Of a stretch of 47,971 bases of DNA, positions 1 through 8,357 are shown in pieces. Origin of the DNA: a virus (taxonomy: Duplodnaviria > Heunggongvirae > Uroviricota > Caudoviricetes); the IMG/VR virus record IMGVR_UViG_2623620505_000002. One strand, written 5' to 3'. Both the position numbers and the translations under genes were made by a program. The notes under the pieces were generated by a model. It saw only the letters and a list, made by a program, of their open reading frames with translations. It ran no database searches and was not told the DNA's origin. The stretch's first letter is position 1, and every line of letters begins with the position of its first letter.

Positions 1-468
1 ATGCCAGATCAAAAAGAAAGTGAGAACACCAAACTCACTTGTGAAGAACAAAAGGATAATGAACTGGTTTCTCGAGTAATCGAAAATCCAGAGGTTTTAA
101 ACAGGGTTTTGGATAGTCCGCAGGTGCGGGCTATTGTTTGCCAGCATTTTCAGGGGCCTGTTCCGCCACCTTCAATGCTTAAAAAGTATGATCAACTGGT
201 GCCTGGGCTTGCAAATCGACTTGTTGAGTTGACCGAAAAAGAGCAGGCTCATCGCCATAAAACAGTGGCTGATAGCATTGATATTGCCAGAGATGGTCAA
301 ACAAAGGCTTTTTGGTTGGCAATATTGATCATCTTAGCTGCCACTGTCTTTGGCGTCATGGGGGAGACAGTTCTTGCCGGAACTCTCGTTTCAATAGATC
401 TTGTTGCATTGGTTACGGCATTTATTGTTGGAAAACATTATTCTAAGCAGGAACCTGATCAAGATTAG
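1..468 (+). CDS. Membrane protein, DUF2335-like (C-terminal pair of hydrophobic helices); flanks the integrase end, may be host or prophage cargo
   Basis: 155-aa ORF starting at base 1; hydrophobic C-terminal stretches (AFWLAILIILAATVFGV, LAGTLVSIDLVALVTAFIVG); followed by an intrinsic terminator. Family name is from memory. Confidence 0.5.
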   Translation: MPDQKESENTKLTCEEQKDNELVSRVIENPEVLNRVLDSPQVRAIVCQHFQGPVPPPSMLKKYDQLVPGLANRLVELTEKEQAHRHKTVADSIDIARDGQTKAFWLAILIILAATVFGVMGETVLAGTLVSIDLVALVTAFIVGKHYSKQEPDQD

Positions 469-474
469 TCTCTG

Positions 475-499
475 AACCCCGGTTGATGCCGGGGTTTTT
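475..499 (+). terminator. Rho-independent terminator downstream of the 1..468 gene
   Basis: CCCCGG ttgatg CCGGGG stem-loop followed by TTTTT. Confidence 0.6.
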
Positions 500-544
500 A
501 CACTAGCAAAGCAATATCAACATTTTTCAGCTGTATTTATTTCG

Positions 545-1663
545 TCAAACAACCAATTTAACCCATTCCTGACCACGAGTATCGTTATAACGATCGGTGG
601 TTGCTTGGACTTTATGTCCCAGTAATGTTTTTGTATCAATACCCTGCGCGCGGTACAGTCGTTCTGACAGGGAGCGTTGTTCATGAAATGTTGGCGGAGT
701 TTTTCCTGCTGGTGGAGTTATCCCAGCCAGATCCCGTGCTTTGGCAAAGTAGTCGCTCAGGTTGTCTTTACTCATCGGCTTTGGTTGTTTCTGGTGCCGA
801 CTATGGATTAGATATGGACTTAATATTCTGTCTCGGCACCCATCAATAACTTCTTTTAACGTTATCCCAATGGCATCACAGCGTAGTGTAAGCGGTAACG
901 CCAGACGCATTCCGGTTTTTCCCTGGGTGATATGCAAGTGTTCGTTCCACACATCTGAAAAACGCATGTGGCAAATGTCATCACGGCGCTGACCAGTAAC
1001 AAGCGCAAGAAGCATTGCGTTACGGATAAAGTGTTTTTCAGGCGTTGCGTTGTAAATTTTTTGCCAGTCTTCCAGGGTGAGCCTGGCTCTAGTTACTTTA
1101 GGGATCGGTTTACGGGTAGCCTCCGGAGGATTCCATCCAGGAGGAACTTCCCCTGCATGCTGTGCTTCTTTATAAATATCAACCCATAATCCACGATTTA
1201 CTCTCGCTGTGCTGACCATGTCTTTATCCAGCCACTCATCCAGTATTAATGCAAAGTCTCTTACTTCCAGTTCTTTCAATGGGTGGTTTCCCAGACGGGA
1301 AACCAGGTATGCAGCCATTCGGGCTTTTTCTTTGTGAGTTGTAGCTGCAATATCTCCATTTTTCAGTCGCGTGTCCTGTATTTTCAGATATCGATCAACC
1401 CATGCCTTTAATCTGATACCCCGACGCTTTGTTGCTGACGGACTTTCATCAATTTTGCGCATGAAATATTCAGCCTCTGCTGCAGCTATTCGCTGATTGG
1501 CTGTGGAAGCGATTTTTTCTGCCTTACCTTTGTCTGTTCCGAGCCCGTGAAATTTTCCAGTCACAGGGTTTTTATACTGGTAGTAAACTCTGCCAGTTCT
1601 GCGATCAAATTTTTCGTAAAGTCCGGCTACGTCAGTGCTGTTTTTTCGTGGCCTCGGTGACAT
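545..1663 (-). CDS. int: Lambda-family tyrosine integrase
   Basis: 372 aa, alignable by eye to lambda Int along its length; C-terminal catalytic region with conserved R, HxxR and Y (TFHEQRSLSERLY ... LLGHK ... TDRY); overlaps xis as in lambda. Confidence 0.9.
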   Translation of the reverse strand: MSPRPRKNSTDVAGLYEKFDRRTGRVYYQYKNPVTGKFHGLGTDKGKAEKIASTANQRIAAAEAEYFMRKIDESPSATKRRGIRLKAWVDRYLKIQDTRLKNGDIAATTHKEKARMAAYLVSRLGNHPLKELEVRDFALILDEWLDKDMVSTARVNRGLWVDIYKEAQHAGEVPPGWNPPEATRKPIPKVTRARLTLEDWQKIYNATPEKHFIRNAMLLALVTGQRRDDICHMRFSDVWNEHLHITQGKTGMRLALPLTLRCDAIGITLKEVIDGCRDRILSPYLIHSRHQKQPKPMSKDNLSDYFAKARDLAGITPPAGKTPPTFHEQRSLSERLYRAQGIDTKTLLGHKVQATTDRYNDTRGQEWVKLVV

Positions 1664-1910
1664 GAGTTAAAATCTCCTTCAGTGCATCATCATCGCCAGT
1701 ATGAATTTCCGGCGCAATTCCTGTTTCACCAGGTCCAACAAATACTGCTCGGCGATCTATCAGCCAACGCCCACGAATTTTTTGTGGTCTTGGAACGATG
1801 TATCCTAGTTTTCCGTATTTCACTAGGGTAGTGTTTGTTATTGGGAGACTGAACCGTTTTGGCTTCCACTCATCGAGCGTTATCAGGTACTGTTCGCTCA
1901 TGGCTATCAC
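1632..1910 (-). CDS. xis: Excisionase
   Basis: 92-aa ORF immediately upstream of and overlapping int; GGAG RBS 8 nt before the first ATG; small basic protein in the canonical xis position. Confidence 0.65.
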   Translation of the reverse strand: MIAMSEQYLITLDEWKPKRFSLPITNTTLVKYGKLGYIVPRPQKIRGRWLIDRRAVFVGPGETGIAPEIHTGDDDALKEILTHVTEATKKQH

Positions 1911-1962
1911 TCCGGAACGCGCCAGTTGCAGAATACCAACGACAACTGGCGACGGTTGAACA

Positions 1963-4434
1963 TTAAAAATCAGCCTGACTCGGGATCAGTTTTTGCCAGA
2001 TAGCTGAAACGTATTTTGCCTGGTAACGGGCGTCATCAAGTGCATTATGGCGCTCACCTTCGAATGGAATAGCCGTTCTGGCATCGAAGTCTATGGCTTT
2101 CCCCAGCTCAACGATTGTGCGTACATCGCGATCGTTGTAGTAACGCCACGGGCAGGGGATCCCCTGCCGTTCGTATGAACGGCGCAAAATCGTGTTGTCG
2201 AAGTTGGCTCCATTTCCCCAGACCTGAACAAAAAATTCACCGGAGTTTTCGTCGATAAATTCCCGCAATTGTAGCAGTGCATCATCTAACGGGATTTCAT
2301 CGGTCATAATGGCAGATTGCGCTTCGCGTGATTGCTTAAGCCACCATTTAATGGTGTCCCGATCAATGACTCCGCCAGCAGTTTCCAGATCGATAGTCTT
2401 ACTAAATTCCGGTCCCATATCTCCGGTTTGCGGATCGAAAAATATTGCACCTATTGAGATAATCGGGGCATCAGGATTTTTTCCCATGGTTTCAAGGTCG
2501 ATCATTAGATGGTCACACGTCCTGCTGGTGGATGTGATAACGCGATGACCGTTCACCGTAATTAAGGGATCTGCCGTCTCGCCAGTTTCACTATCGCTGG
2601 CGTGATCCTGAGCGCTGCCAGCATTCTCCTTGTGTGGATGTTCAGCGCCTTCCATTTTCTCCGAATCGTCTTCCTGAACTTCAACCTGGTTCTTGTCATC
2701 GAATGTTTCCTGGTATGTTGCGTCGCCCATCACTGCACCACAATCAGGGCAGTTGCCGCCACCGCTTTGACCGCAGGCGGTGCAGATCTTTTCCGGTTCC
2801 TGTTGCACTACTGGTTCAGGTTGTTTCGTTTCTGGCTCGTTTTGTTGCGTATTTGGGCTGTTTTGTTCCGCTTTCTGGTCGTTCTGTTCCGTTTCTTGCT
2901 GGTTCTGGTTCACAGAATCGCGGGTTTCAATCCCCTTCACCCATTTCGGATCATTCGGATCGCTAATCCCTGCAACAAATTCACCACGTGATACTGCAAG
3001 CAGTTCATCGGCGTCAGGCTGGCTGATATTGGCTGCCTGCATAATTTTGTTTACTTCGTCAGCGGTAACTTTTACCGGCCCTGGTTGTGCGGTCGTGTCA
3101 GATGCACCAGTATTTTGTTGTGAACCTGAGTATGTACCGTTTTTGCGGGCGAAATATTCTTCTTTCGTGATTTCAGTAGCCCCGGCAGCCAGTGCCTTAT
3201 CCAGACCAGAAAGTTTGTTTGCGCGACCGTATTTTTCGCCATCCTTGTCGGTGAAGAGGAAGTAGAACGGCCCCTCACGCTCTACAGATGGTTCGACTTC
3301 CACTTTGCATTCGGTTTTTTCGTTGTTCGGCATTGCCGTTTCCACTGCATCAGCTTCTGGTACTGGCGACGGGAGAGTATTAGTTGTGCTCTGATTTCTT
3401 CCTTCATCTTCAAACACGCCCTTTGTAGTCAGGTATTCAGTGATGTATTTGTTCAGCGCCACAGGATCTTTGTGAATGTCGATCGGACGCTCACGGACAA
3501 GGCCAAAAATAGTCTGACGGTCGTAGCGAACGGCATCGGGTTGTTTGCGCATTGATGCGGAAATGCGCTTCCAGTCTTCGCGATCTTTGTCGATAACTTC
3601 ATTTTTTGCCCAGCGATGGATGCTGCCGTCAATGTTTCCGGCATTAATATCGCCAGGCCACAGAGCGTAGGCCAGTTCTTCATCCAGCGTTTTCCATGTC
3701 TGCTTGTATTCGCGACGAATGGCGGCAGTGGCGGGGTTGATTTTTCCTGCTGAGTTTTCAGTGTGCTGCCGGTTGACTCTGGCGCGGGCAAGATCAACAA
3801 CAGACGTGTATTTCCCGGTTTCTTTGCGTTCACCTTCGCGACGTTTTTTCCAGATGCGCATCTCTGCCTGAATTTCGGGCCATTTGGCACCAGGCTTACA
3901 TTTATGCTTAACCCACCCGATGGCATGCAGCTTAAGCTCCGGATACATGGCGTTAACTTCTGGCATTTTCATCAACGCTTCAACGATATGTCCGTCGAAT
4001 GTTGCCATGTCTTCCTGCAACAATTCCTGCGCGCTAATCACCATATCAACGGTGATGTTTTCACATGTGTCGAACTTAACCATGACAGCGTTCTGTACTT
4101 CAGGGGCCAGCTTGTCAAAAGTGACGCTCATCGGATCTGATTCAGTCTCAACCGGGACAAAGGAAGCAGACTCCTCATCCCAGCGGTTTTCCTGCATATA
4201 TTCAGCATCCCAGGAATCGAGGGCAGGGCGGGGTATACCGGGTTTATCCTCGCAAACAAGAAATTTATAAGCGCAGTCCTGAGCAGCCGGATAATGTTCC
4301 AGGAATTGCCAGTGAAATTTTGCGCGGGCGCGACGTTCATCACCGGCTTCAATGGCAGTGGCTACAGCGACTGCACCTTCTTCCTTTATTGCCTGTTCGT
4401 CCGGAATGGCGGCGCAAATAAAGACTTTACTCAT
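1963..4434 (-). CDS. Large phage exonuclease (RecE/exodeoxyribonuclease VIII-like annotation class) with a C-terminal DEDDh 3'-5' exonuclease fold and an internal CxxC...CxxC zinc ribbon
   Basis: 823 aa; C-terminus carries DLETMG (Exo I) and HNALDDA (Exo III) motifs; CTACGQSGGGNCPDCG zinc-ribbon-like motif mid-protein; early-left position next to xis. Confidence 0.7.
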   Translation of the reverse strand: MSKVFICAAIPDEQAIKEEGAVAVATAIEAGDERRARAKFHWQFLEHYPAAQDCAYKFLVCEDKPGIPRPALDSWDAEYMQENRWDEESASFVPVETESDPMSVTFDKLAPEVQNAVMVKFDTCENITVDMVISAQELLQEDMATFDGHIVEALMKMPEVNAMYPELKLHAIGWVKHKCKPGAKWPEIQAEMRIWKKRREGERKETGKYTSVVDLARARVNRQHTENSAGKINPATAAIRREYKQTWKTLDEELAYALWPGDINAGNIDGSIHRWAKNEVIDKDREDWKRISASMRKQPDAVRYDRQTIFGLVRERPIDIHKDPVALNKYITEYLTTKGVFEDEGRNQSTTNTLPSPVPEADAVETAMPNNEKTECKVEVEPSVEREGPFYFLFTDKDGEKYGRANKLSGLDKALAAGATEITKEEYFARKNGTYSGSQQNTGASDTTAQPGPVKVTADEVNKIMQAANISQPDADELLAVSRGEFVAGISDPNDPKWVKGIETRDSVNQNQQETEQNDQKAEQNSPNTQQNEPETKQPEPVVQQEPEKICTACGQSGGGNCPDCGAVMGDATYQETFDDKNQVEVQEDDSEKMEGAEHPHKENAGSAQDHASDSETGETADPLITVNGHRVITSTSRTCDHLMIDLETMGKNPDAPIISIGAIFFDPQTGDMGPEFSKTIDLETAGGVIDRDTIKWWLKQSREAQSAIMTDEIPLDDALLQLREFIDENSGEFFVQVWGNGANFDNTILRRSYERQGIPCPWRYYNDRDVRTIVELGKAIDFDARTAIPFEGERHNALDDARYQAKYVSAIWQKLIPSQADF

Positions 4435-4526
4435 TTTGTTTTACCTCATTACAGATTTAAGGGTGAACAAATCCCTGCCATTGCTGGCATATAAGAATGA
4501 AATCGGATGTTTATTACGGAACTGTT

Positions 4527-4718
4527 TTAAAGACCTGCCGGGATTTCGTTATTGTCCATGCGAATAACTTTATCAACCGGATAACAGTTGCCGGGAATTT
4601 TCTGTTCCGCTGCGGCAGCCATGCATTCTTTCATTGAGTCATGTATACCAATAACAAGATCGACTGGTTCGCCTGTATTAAGAAAAACTGTCAGAACGAG
4701 TGCAAATGCTGTATTCAT
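4527..4718 (-). CDS. DUF1482-family small phage protein (YdaE-like)
   Basis: 63-aa product MNTAFALVLTVFLNTGEPVDLVIGIHDSMKECMAAAAEQKIPGNCYPVDKVIRMDNNEIPAGL from the internal Met of the 81-aa track ORF; family recalled from lambdoid prophages. Confidence 0.55.
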   Translation of the reverse strand: MNTAFALVLTVFLNTGEPVDLVIGIHDSMKECMAAAAEQKIPGNCYPVDKVIRMDNNEIPAGL

Positions 4719-4720
4719 TG

Positions 4721-4903
4721 TCAGCGTCCTTTTTGCATCAGGCGTAAACGGGCCAGCATTGAAACAATGCATATTTGATTTAATAGCTCCCGTTCGTGTT
4801 TTCTCTTATTAATGGCATCTTCAGTAAATACAGGGTTACTGATTCTGACACCAATTTCAAAACAACCTTCAGACGTATTAACGTTTGGTAATAACGTTTC
4901 CAT
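4721..4903 (-). CDS. Small early protein at the kil position (KilR-like candidate)
   Basis: 60-aa ORF whose stop sits 3 nt before the DUF1482 start; position matches kilR in Rac-type early-left operons; identity not verified. Confidence 0.4.
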   Translation of the reverse strand: METLLPNVNTSEGCFEIGVRISNPVFTEDAINKRKHERELLNQICIVSMLARLRLMQKGR

Positions 4904-5090
4904 TATCGCGTCCTCAACAATGAATTTTGTGATGCGGTGCCTGGTGCCTCCAGGTGACGTTAACCAGTTAACAATTAACGCCGGATACAGGGAAACCCAT
5001 AAACACCCGATACGGGGGAACTAATCGCTTTTTAACTGTTCCGCGTGCGCTTAGCCGCATTCACCGCATCACAAAATTCACTTTAAAAAG

Positions 5091-5128
5091 GGCGGACATC
5101 AGCCAGCAATTAAACTGATGCCGCCAAA
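5091..5128 (-). terminator. Candidate Rho-independent terminator for a leftward transcript inside a 0.7-kb region with no long ORF
   Basis: On the minus strand GGCGGCATCAG ... CTGATGTCCGCC hairpin followed by TTTTTAAA. Confidence 0.4.
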
Positions 5129-5447
5129 GGTCTCACACAAGCCTCAACATGGAGATGTTGTGGCGGGGTTGTCACTCAGGCGTATGGTCAACCTGACAAC
5201 CCGGTGCTACCAGTGGGGGTAAGGATAACCCCGCCATACTTACCGCCGCGCCATTTCGCGGAGTGCCACAACCGGAAGCGCACGGTCGAAGATACCGGCG
5301 ACACGCAACAGAGGGAGAAATGACTTCGCCGTGCGCTTTCGTGTTGTGTGCCTGCTTTTAACCACGTCAGGCGAGGTGGTTCCTGTCATTCCCCAACGAC
5401 AAGAAATCTGTATAATCTGGATATCCCCAACGATCCAAGGAAATCAT

Positions 5448-5594
5448 ATGACAGAGCAAAGAGCACAAGCAGGTGGTGGCAATTCGACACATAAAACAGT
5501 CTGGGATCACATACCAGAGAAAAACATTCGACCAAAACCATCTCCAGCTCCTTCGGAGGAGAGGGGGAACAGCAACAACCAAACAAGCAGGTGA
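5448..5594 (+). CDS. Candidate 48-aa ORF upstream of the SieB-like gene
   Basis: ATG at 5448 with AAGGAA RBS; perfect TATAAT at 5411-5416 upstream; may instead be a 5' leader. Confidence 0.25.
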   Translation: MTEQRAQAGGGNSTHKTVWDHIPEKNIRPKPSPAPSEERGNSNNQTSR

Positions 5595-5600
5595 TGATGT

Positions 5601-6047
5601 ATGGACCGGGATGATATTCTTGACAGAATTTTATATGGCTATTTTCTTGAGCAACTATTTTCTGTAGCGACTGGTCGTCTCGATAAACTTCTCTCAGTGG
5701 TGAGTATTATCCTCGGTTCATCTGTCATTGGCGGATTCATTCCGGAAATTTCTGGCGTTTTTATTGTTGTGATCGCAACCGTCCAAACGATTTATGGATT
5801 CGGACAAAAGTCAGGTAACGCCATGAGAAAATCCGCAGAATATTTGCAGCTTTTTGATGATGCAGAAAAATATTCTGATTCTGAATTGAAAATGCAGTTA
5901 AAAATTCTGGAAAAAACGGATGATCATATTTGGTCATCACTTAAAGATATTGCGATCTTAAAAACACAGATCAAAATAGGCGTTTCCATCGAACAACAAG
6001 AGAAGCTGCCCACAAAATCTAAATTGATGCGATTTCTTTGTGGTTAG
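5601..6047 (+). CDS. Two-helix membrane protein in the sieB position (superinfection-exclusion candidate)
   Basis: 148 aa; two adjacent hydrophobic helices (VVSIILGSSVIGGFIPEI, GVFIVVIATVQTIYGF) after a ~30-aa N-terminus; AT-rich; oriented opposite to the leftward early operon, as sieB is in Rac-type prophages. Confidence 0.5.
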   Translation: MDRDDILDRILYGYFLEQLFSVATGRLDKLLSVVSIILGSSVIGGFIPEISGVFIVVIATVQTIYGFGQKSGNAMRKSAEYLQLFDDAEKYSDSELKMQLKILEKTDDHIWSSLKDIAILKTQIKIGVSIEQQEKLPTKSKLMRFLCG

Positions 6048-6125
6048 GAATATCCAGAATGTTAAAGAGCATGCCGGAGATTTATCCGTGTCCGGCGCAT
6101 GTTCTCCACCTCACCCGTGGAGAAC

Positions 6126-6512
6126 TTAATGATTAATTGATATTTTATAGTTGGCTTCAACTTTCCCATCTGAAGTGGGATGCTTTAAATCACAGGAATT
6201 AATGTTGCACTCAGTAAAATGGTTTTTAAGGGGTTCTATTCGAATCCCTTTCTTTTCCATCAACAAACCAAACCCCTTGTTAATGATATCCATTAATTCC
6301 AGGAAGTATTTTTCAGAGGAATCATGCTTATCAGAGTGCTGCTTCTCTTCGTACAACCCGATAAAGGCACGGCGCACGTTACCGGATATATTATCTATGG
6401 TTTCTTTTTCTACGGTACTCAGGTCAAGAGTCGCCAATTGAGAACGAACTATATTCGCTGCCATTTCCTGGAAAGGTGTTGGTAAATCTTTAAATTCCAT
6501 CGTTAACCTCAT
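6126..6512 (-). CDS. Hypothetical protein, translationally coupled to the upstream small gene
   Basis: 128-aa ORF; start codon shares one base with the upstream stop (TGATG on the minus strand); no recognisable motif. Confidence 0.5.
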   Translation of the reverse strand: MRLTMEFKDLPTPFQEMAANIVRSQLATLDLSTVEKETIDNISGNVRRAFIGLYEEKQHSDKHDSSEKYFLELMDIINKGFGLLMEKKGIRIEPLKNHFTECNINSCDLKHPTSDGKVEANYKISINH

Positions 6513-6664
6513 CAGTCAGTATTTCTGGATAACCAGCGACGCGCGCTAGCTTCGGTTTTAAACGTTTTGCTTTTGGTATACGTCATCGCGGTGAACGTAC
6601 CGTCCTGGTTGGGAAACACGCCACATACCAGAGATTCGCTGTTGCCAAGATCGATAGTATCCAT
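6512..6664 (-). CDS. Small protein downstream of the repressor, YdfA/YdaF-like (DUF1391 class); longest ORF would start at 6742
   Basis: 50-aa product from the internal Met (MDTIDLGNSESLVCGVFPNQDGTFTAMTYTKSKTFKTEASARRWLSRNTD); size and position match the small genes that follow dicA/racR-type repressors; family name from memory. Confidence 0.45.
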   Translation of the reverse strand: MDTIDLGNSESLVCGVFPNQDGTFTAMTYTKSKTFKTEASARRWLSRNTD

Positions 6665-6835
6665 GTTGACCTCATTTCCCCTTAACGCCGGGGTAGCGGA
6701 ACAAAAACCTGCTGCATAGTTAAAGTTGAACCCTGCCGTCATGTTCTTACGCCTCGGGCTGGCTACTTAACCCCTGATCACTGCCTGGTAACTCGAAGTA
6801 TTGCCCGGCGTTCTGTGGGGCGGGGTGGGTTGGTA

Positions 6836-6849
6836 TGTTGTTAAGGTAA
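6836..6849. promoter_or_regulatory. GTAAC-N4-GTTAC palindrome (operator-like) between the cI terminator and the next leftward gene
   Basis: Perfect inverted repeat GGTAACaagaGTTACC; same half-sites as the two palindromes in the cI-cro intergenic region. Confidence 0.35.
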
Positions 6850-6902
6850 CAAGAGTTACCATCTGAGTCAATACAATGTTGCAAAAGGTACGTTTGAGGG
6901 CA

Positions 6903-6927
6903 TAAAAAACCCGCAATGAATGCGGGT
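6903..6927 (-). terminator. Rho-independent terminator just downstream of the repressor gene
   Basis: On the minus strand ACCCGCA ttcat TGCGGGT followed by TTTTTT, 7 nt after the cI stop codon. Confidence 0.6.
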
Positions 6928-6933
6928 TCTGAC

Positions 6934-7608
6934 TCAATCTAAGTATTGATGTATTTGTGAAACTTTACCTTTAATGGTGTAACCGCCATTCAGTTCGATG
7001 GGTTTGTAAAGCGGATTCAGTGACAACAGATAGATGTTTGGTCCGTCAATCGCAACTTTTTTTAGTGTTACGTTTGGCGTTCCTTCCAATTGGATTAAGA
7101 TTATTTTCCCCACCAGTTCTCTAATGTTACTTGAGCATGGTGTGATCAGCACGGTAGATCCGTCGGGGATGGTTGGGAGGCCGTTAGAGTTTGTCATCGC
7201 ATCTCCCTCAACATGCAATAAAAAAGAGTTTTCAGCGGTTTTTGTCATGACATCAACCCAATTCTTAATACCAGGAATCTCGGTTACTGGGCAACTCATA
7301 TCCCAATAACCAGCCTGTTCCCACGTTAAAACGGGCAACCGGGCGATGTTGTCACTAATGTAAAGGTACTGATTCAGACGCAGATCATCGGTTTTATCGT
7401 GACCGTCCTTTCCATAAAGAATCCATTCAGGAGATTTGGAAAGCAATTTTGACAGTAGATGTAAATTCTCACCGTCAGGTTTTGAAGAGCCATTTTCCCA
7501 TTTTGTTACGGATACACGAGATATGCCGATTGCTTTCGCAACCTGCTGTTGGGTTAATCCAACGTCTTTTCGACGATTCCGAATACGTTCGCTGATAGTG
7601 TTTTTCAT
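6934..7608 (-). CDS. cI: CI-type prophage repressor (N-terminal XRE helix-turn-helix, C-terminal LexA/S24 peptidase-like domain); alternative upstream starts at 7650 and 7707
   Basis: HTH segment LTQQQVAKAIGISRVSVTKWENG; C-terminal S24-like domain with HVEGDAM serine motif and downstream KK; divergent from cro; start at 7608 chosen because operator palindromes lie directly upstream. Confidence 0.8.
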   Translation of the reverse strand: MKNTISERIRNRRKDVGLTQQQVAKAIGISRVSVTKWENGSSKPDGENLHLLSKLLSKSPEWILYGKDGHDKTDDLRLNQYLYISDNIARLPVLTWEQAGYWDMSCPVTEIPGIKNWVDVMTKTAENSFLLHVEGDAMTNSNGLPTIPDGSTVLITPCSSNIRELVGKIILIQLEGTPNVTLKKVAIDGPNIYLLSLNPLYKPIELNGGYTIKGKVSQIHQYLD

Positions 7609-7670
7609 GTAACCAATGTTACCACCAAGTGATGTTACTATGGTTGACATTGCTATGTAACTATTGTTAC
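7609..7670. promoter_or_regulatory. Immunity-region operator/promoter segment with two GTAAC-N4-GTTAC palindromes (PRM/PR candidates)
   Basis: GTAACCAATGTTAC at 7609-7622 and GTAACTATTGTTAC at 7657-7670; TTGACA at 7644-7649; lies between divergent cI and cro. Confidence 0.45.
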
Positions 7671-7699
7671 CCTCCTGCTCGAAATAACAGGAGAGTTTT

Positions 7700-7915
7700 A
7701 TGTTCAAAGATGATGTTCTGCGCTATTTCAAAAAAAAACGACTAGTAGCTGAGGCTCTTGGAATTTCACATGTGGCTGTTGTGCGGTGGAAAGCAGTTAT
7801 TCCCAAACTTCGCGCAATGGAGCTGGATGAAATTACTAACGGTGAATTGAAATACAACCCAGAACTTTACAAGAAGCAGGATAGCACCTCGAACGAAGGA
7901 AAGAATGATTCATGA
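7700..7915 (+). CDS. cro: Cro-like DNA-binding regulator
   Basis: 71 aa, divergent from cI; HTH-like segment RLVAEALGISHVAVVRW; AGGAGAG RBS. Confidence 0.7.
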   Translation: MFKDDVLRYFKKKRLVAEALGISHVAVVRWKAVIPKLRAMELDEITNGELKYNPELYKKQDSTSNEGKNDS

Positions 7916-8337
7916 AAATCAAGCATGAACACATCCGCATGGCGATGAATGCCTGGGCGCATCCAGACGGCGAGAAAGTACCGGCTGCGAAAATTACCAA
8001 AGCGTATTTCGAACTGGGAATGACGTTCCCGGAACTGTATGACGACAGCCATCCGGAAGCCCTGGCTCGCAATACCCAGAAAATTTTCCGCTGGGTAGAG
8101 AAAGACACTCCTGATGCGGTTAAAAAAATTCAGGCGTTGTTACCGGCTATCGAAAAAGCAATGCCACCTCTGCTGGTGGCCCGAATGCGCAGCCACAGTT
8201 CAGCCTGGTTTCGGGAGCTGGTGGAGACGCGGGAACGACTGGTGAGAGACGCTGATGATTTTGTCGCAGTGGCGATCGCTGGTTTCAATCAGATGAATCG
8301 TGGCGGCCCAGCGGGAAATGCCGTGGTCGCGCATTGA
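7912..8337 (+). CDS. YdaT-like protein (cII-position regulator)
   Basis: 141 aa starting MKIKHEH; ATGA start/stop overlap with cro; position matches ydaT in Rac-type prophages; identity from memory. Confidence 0.55.
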   Translation: MKIKHEHIRMAMNAWAHPDGEKVPAAKITKAYFELGMTFPELYDDSHPEALARNTQKIFRWVEKDTPDAVKKIQALLPAIEKAMPPLLVARMRSHSSAWFRELVETRERLVRDADDFVAVAIAGFNQMNRGGPAGNAVVAH

Positions 8338-8357
8338 TAACGTGTTATGGGGGGGGG

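Noticed and set aside
469-545. attL core between the flanking gene and int, and a matching attR near the right end
   Set aside because: No direct repeat shared between the int-proximal segment and 47380-47971 could be found by eye; attR probably lies outside the window
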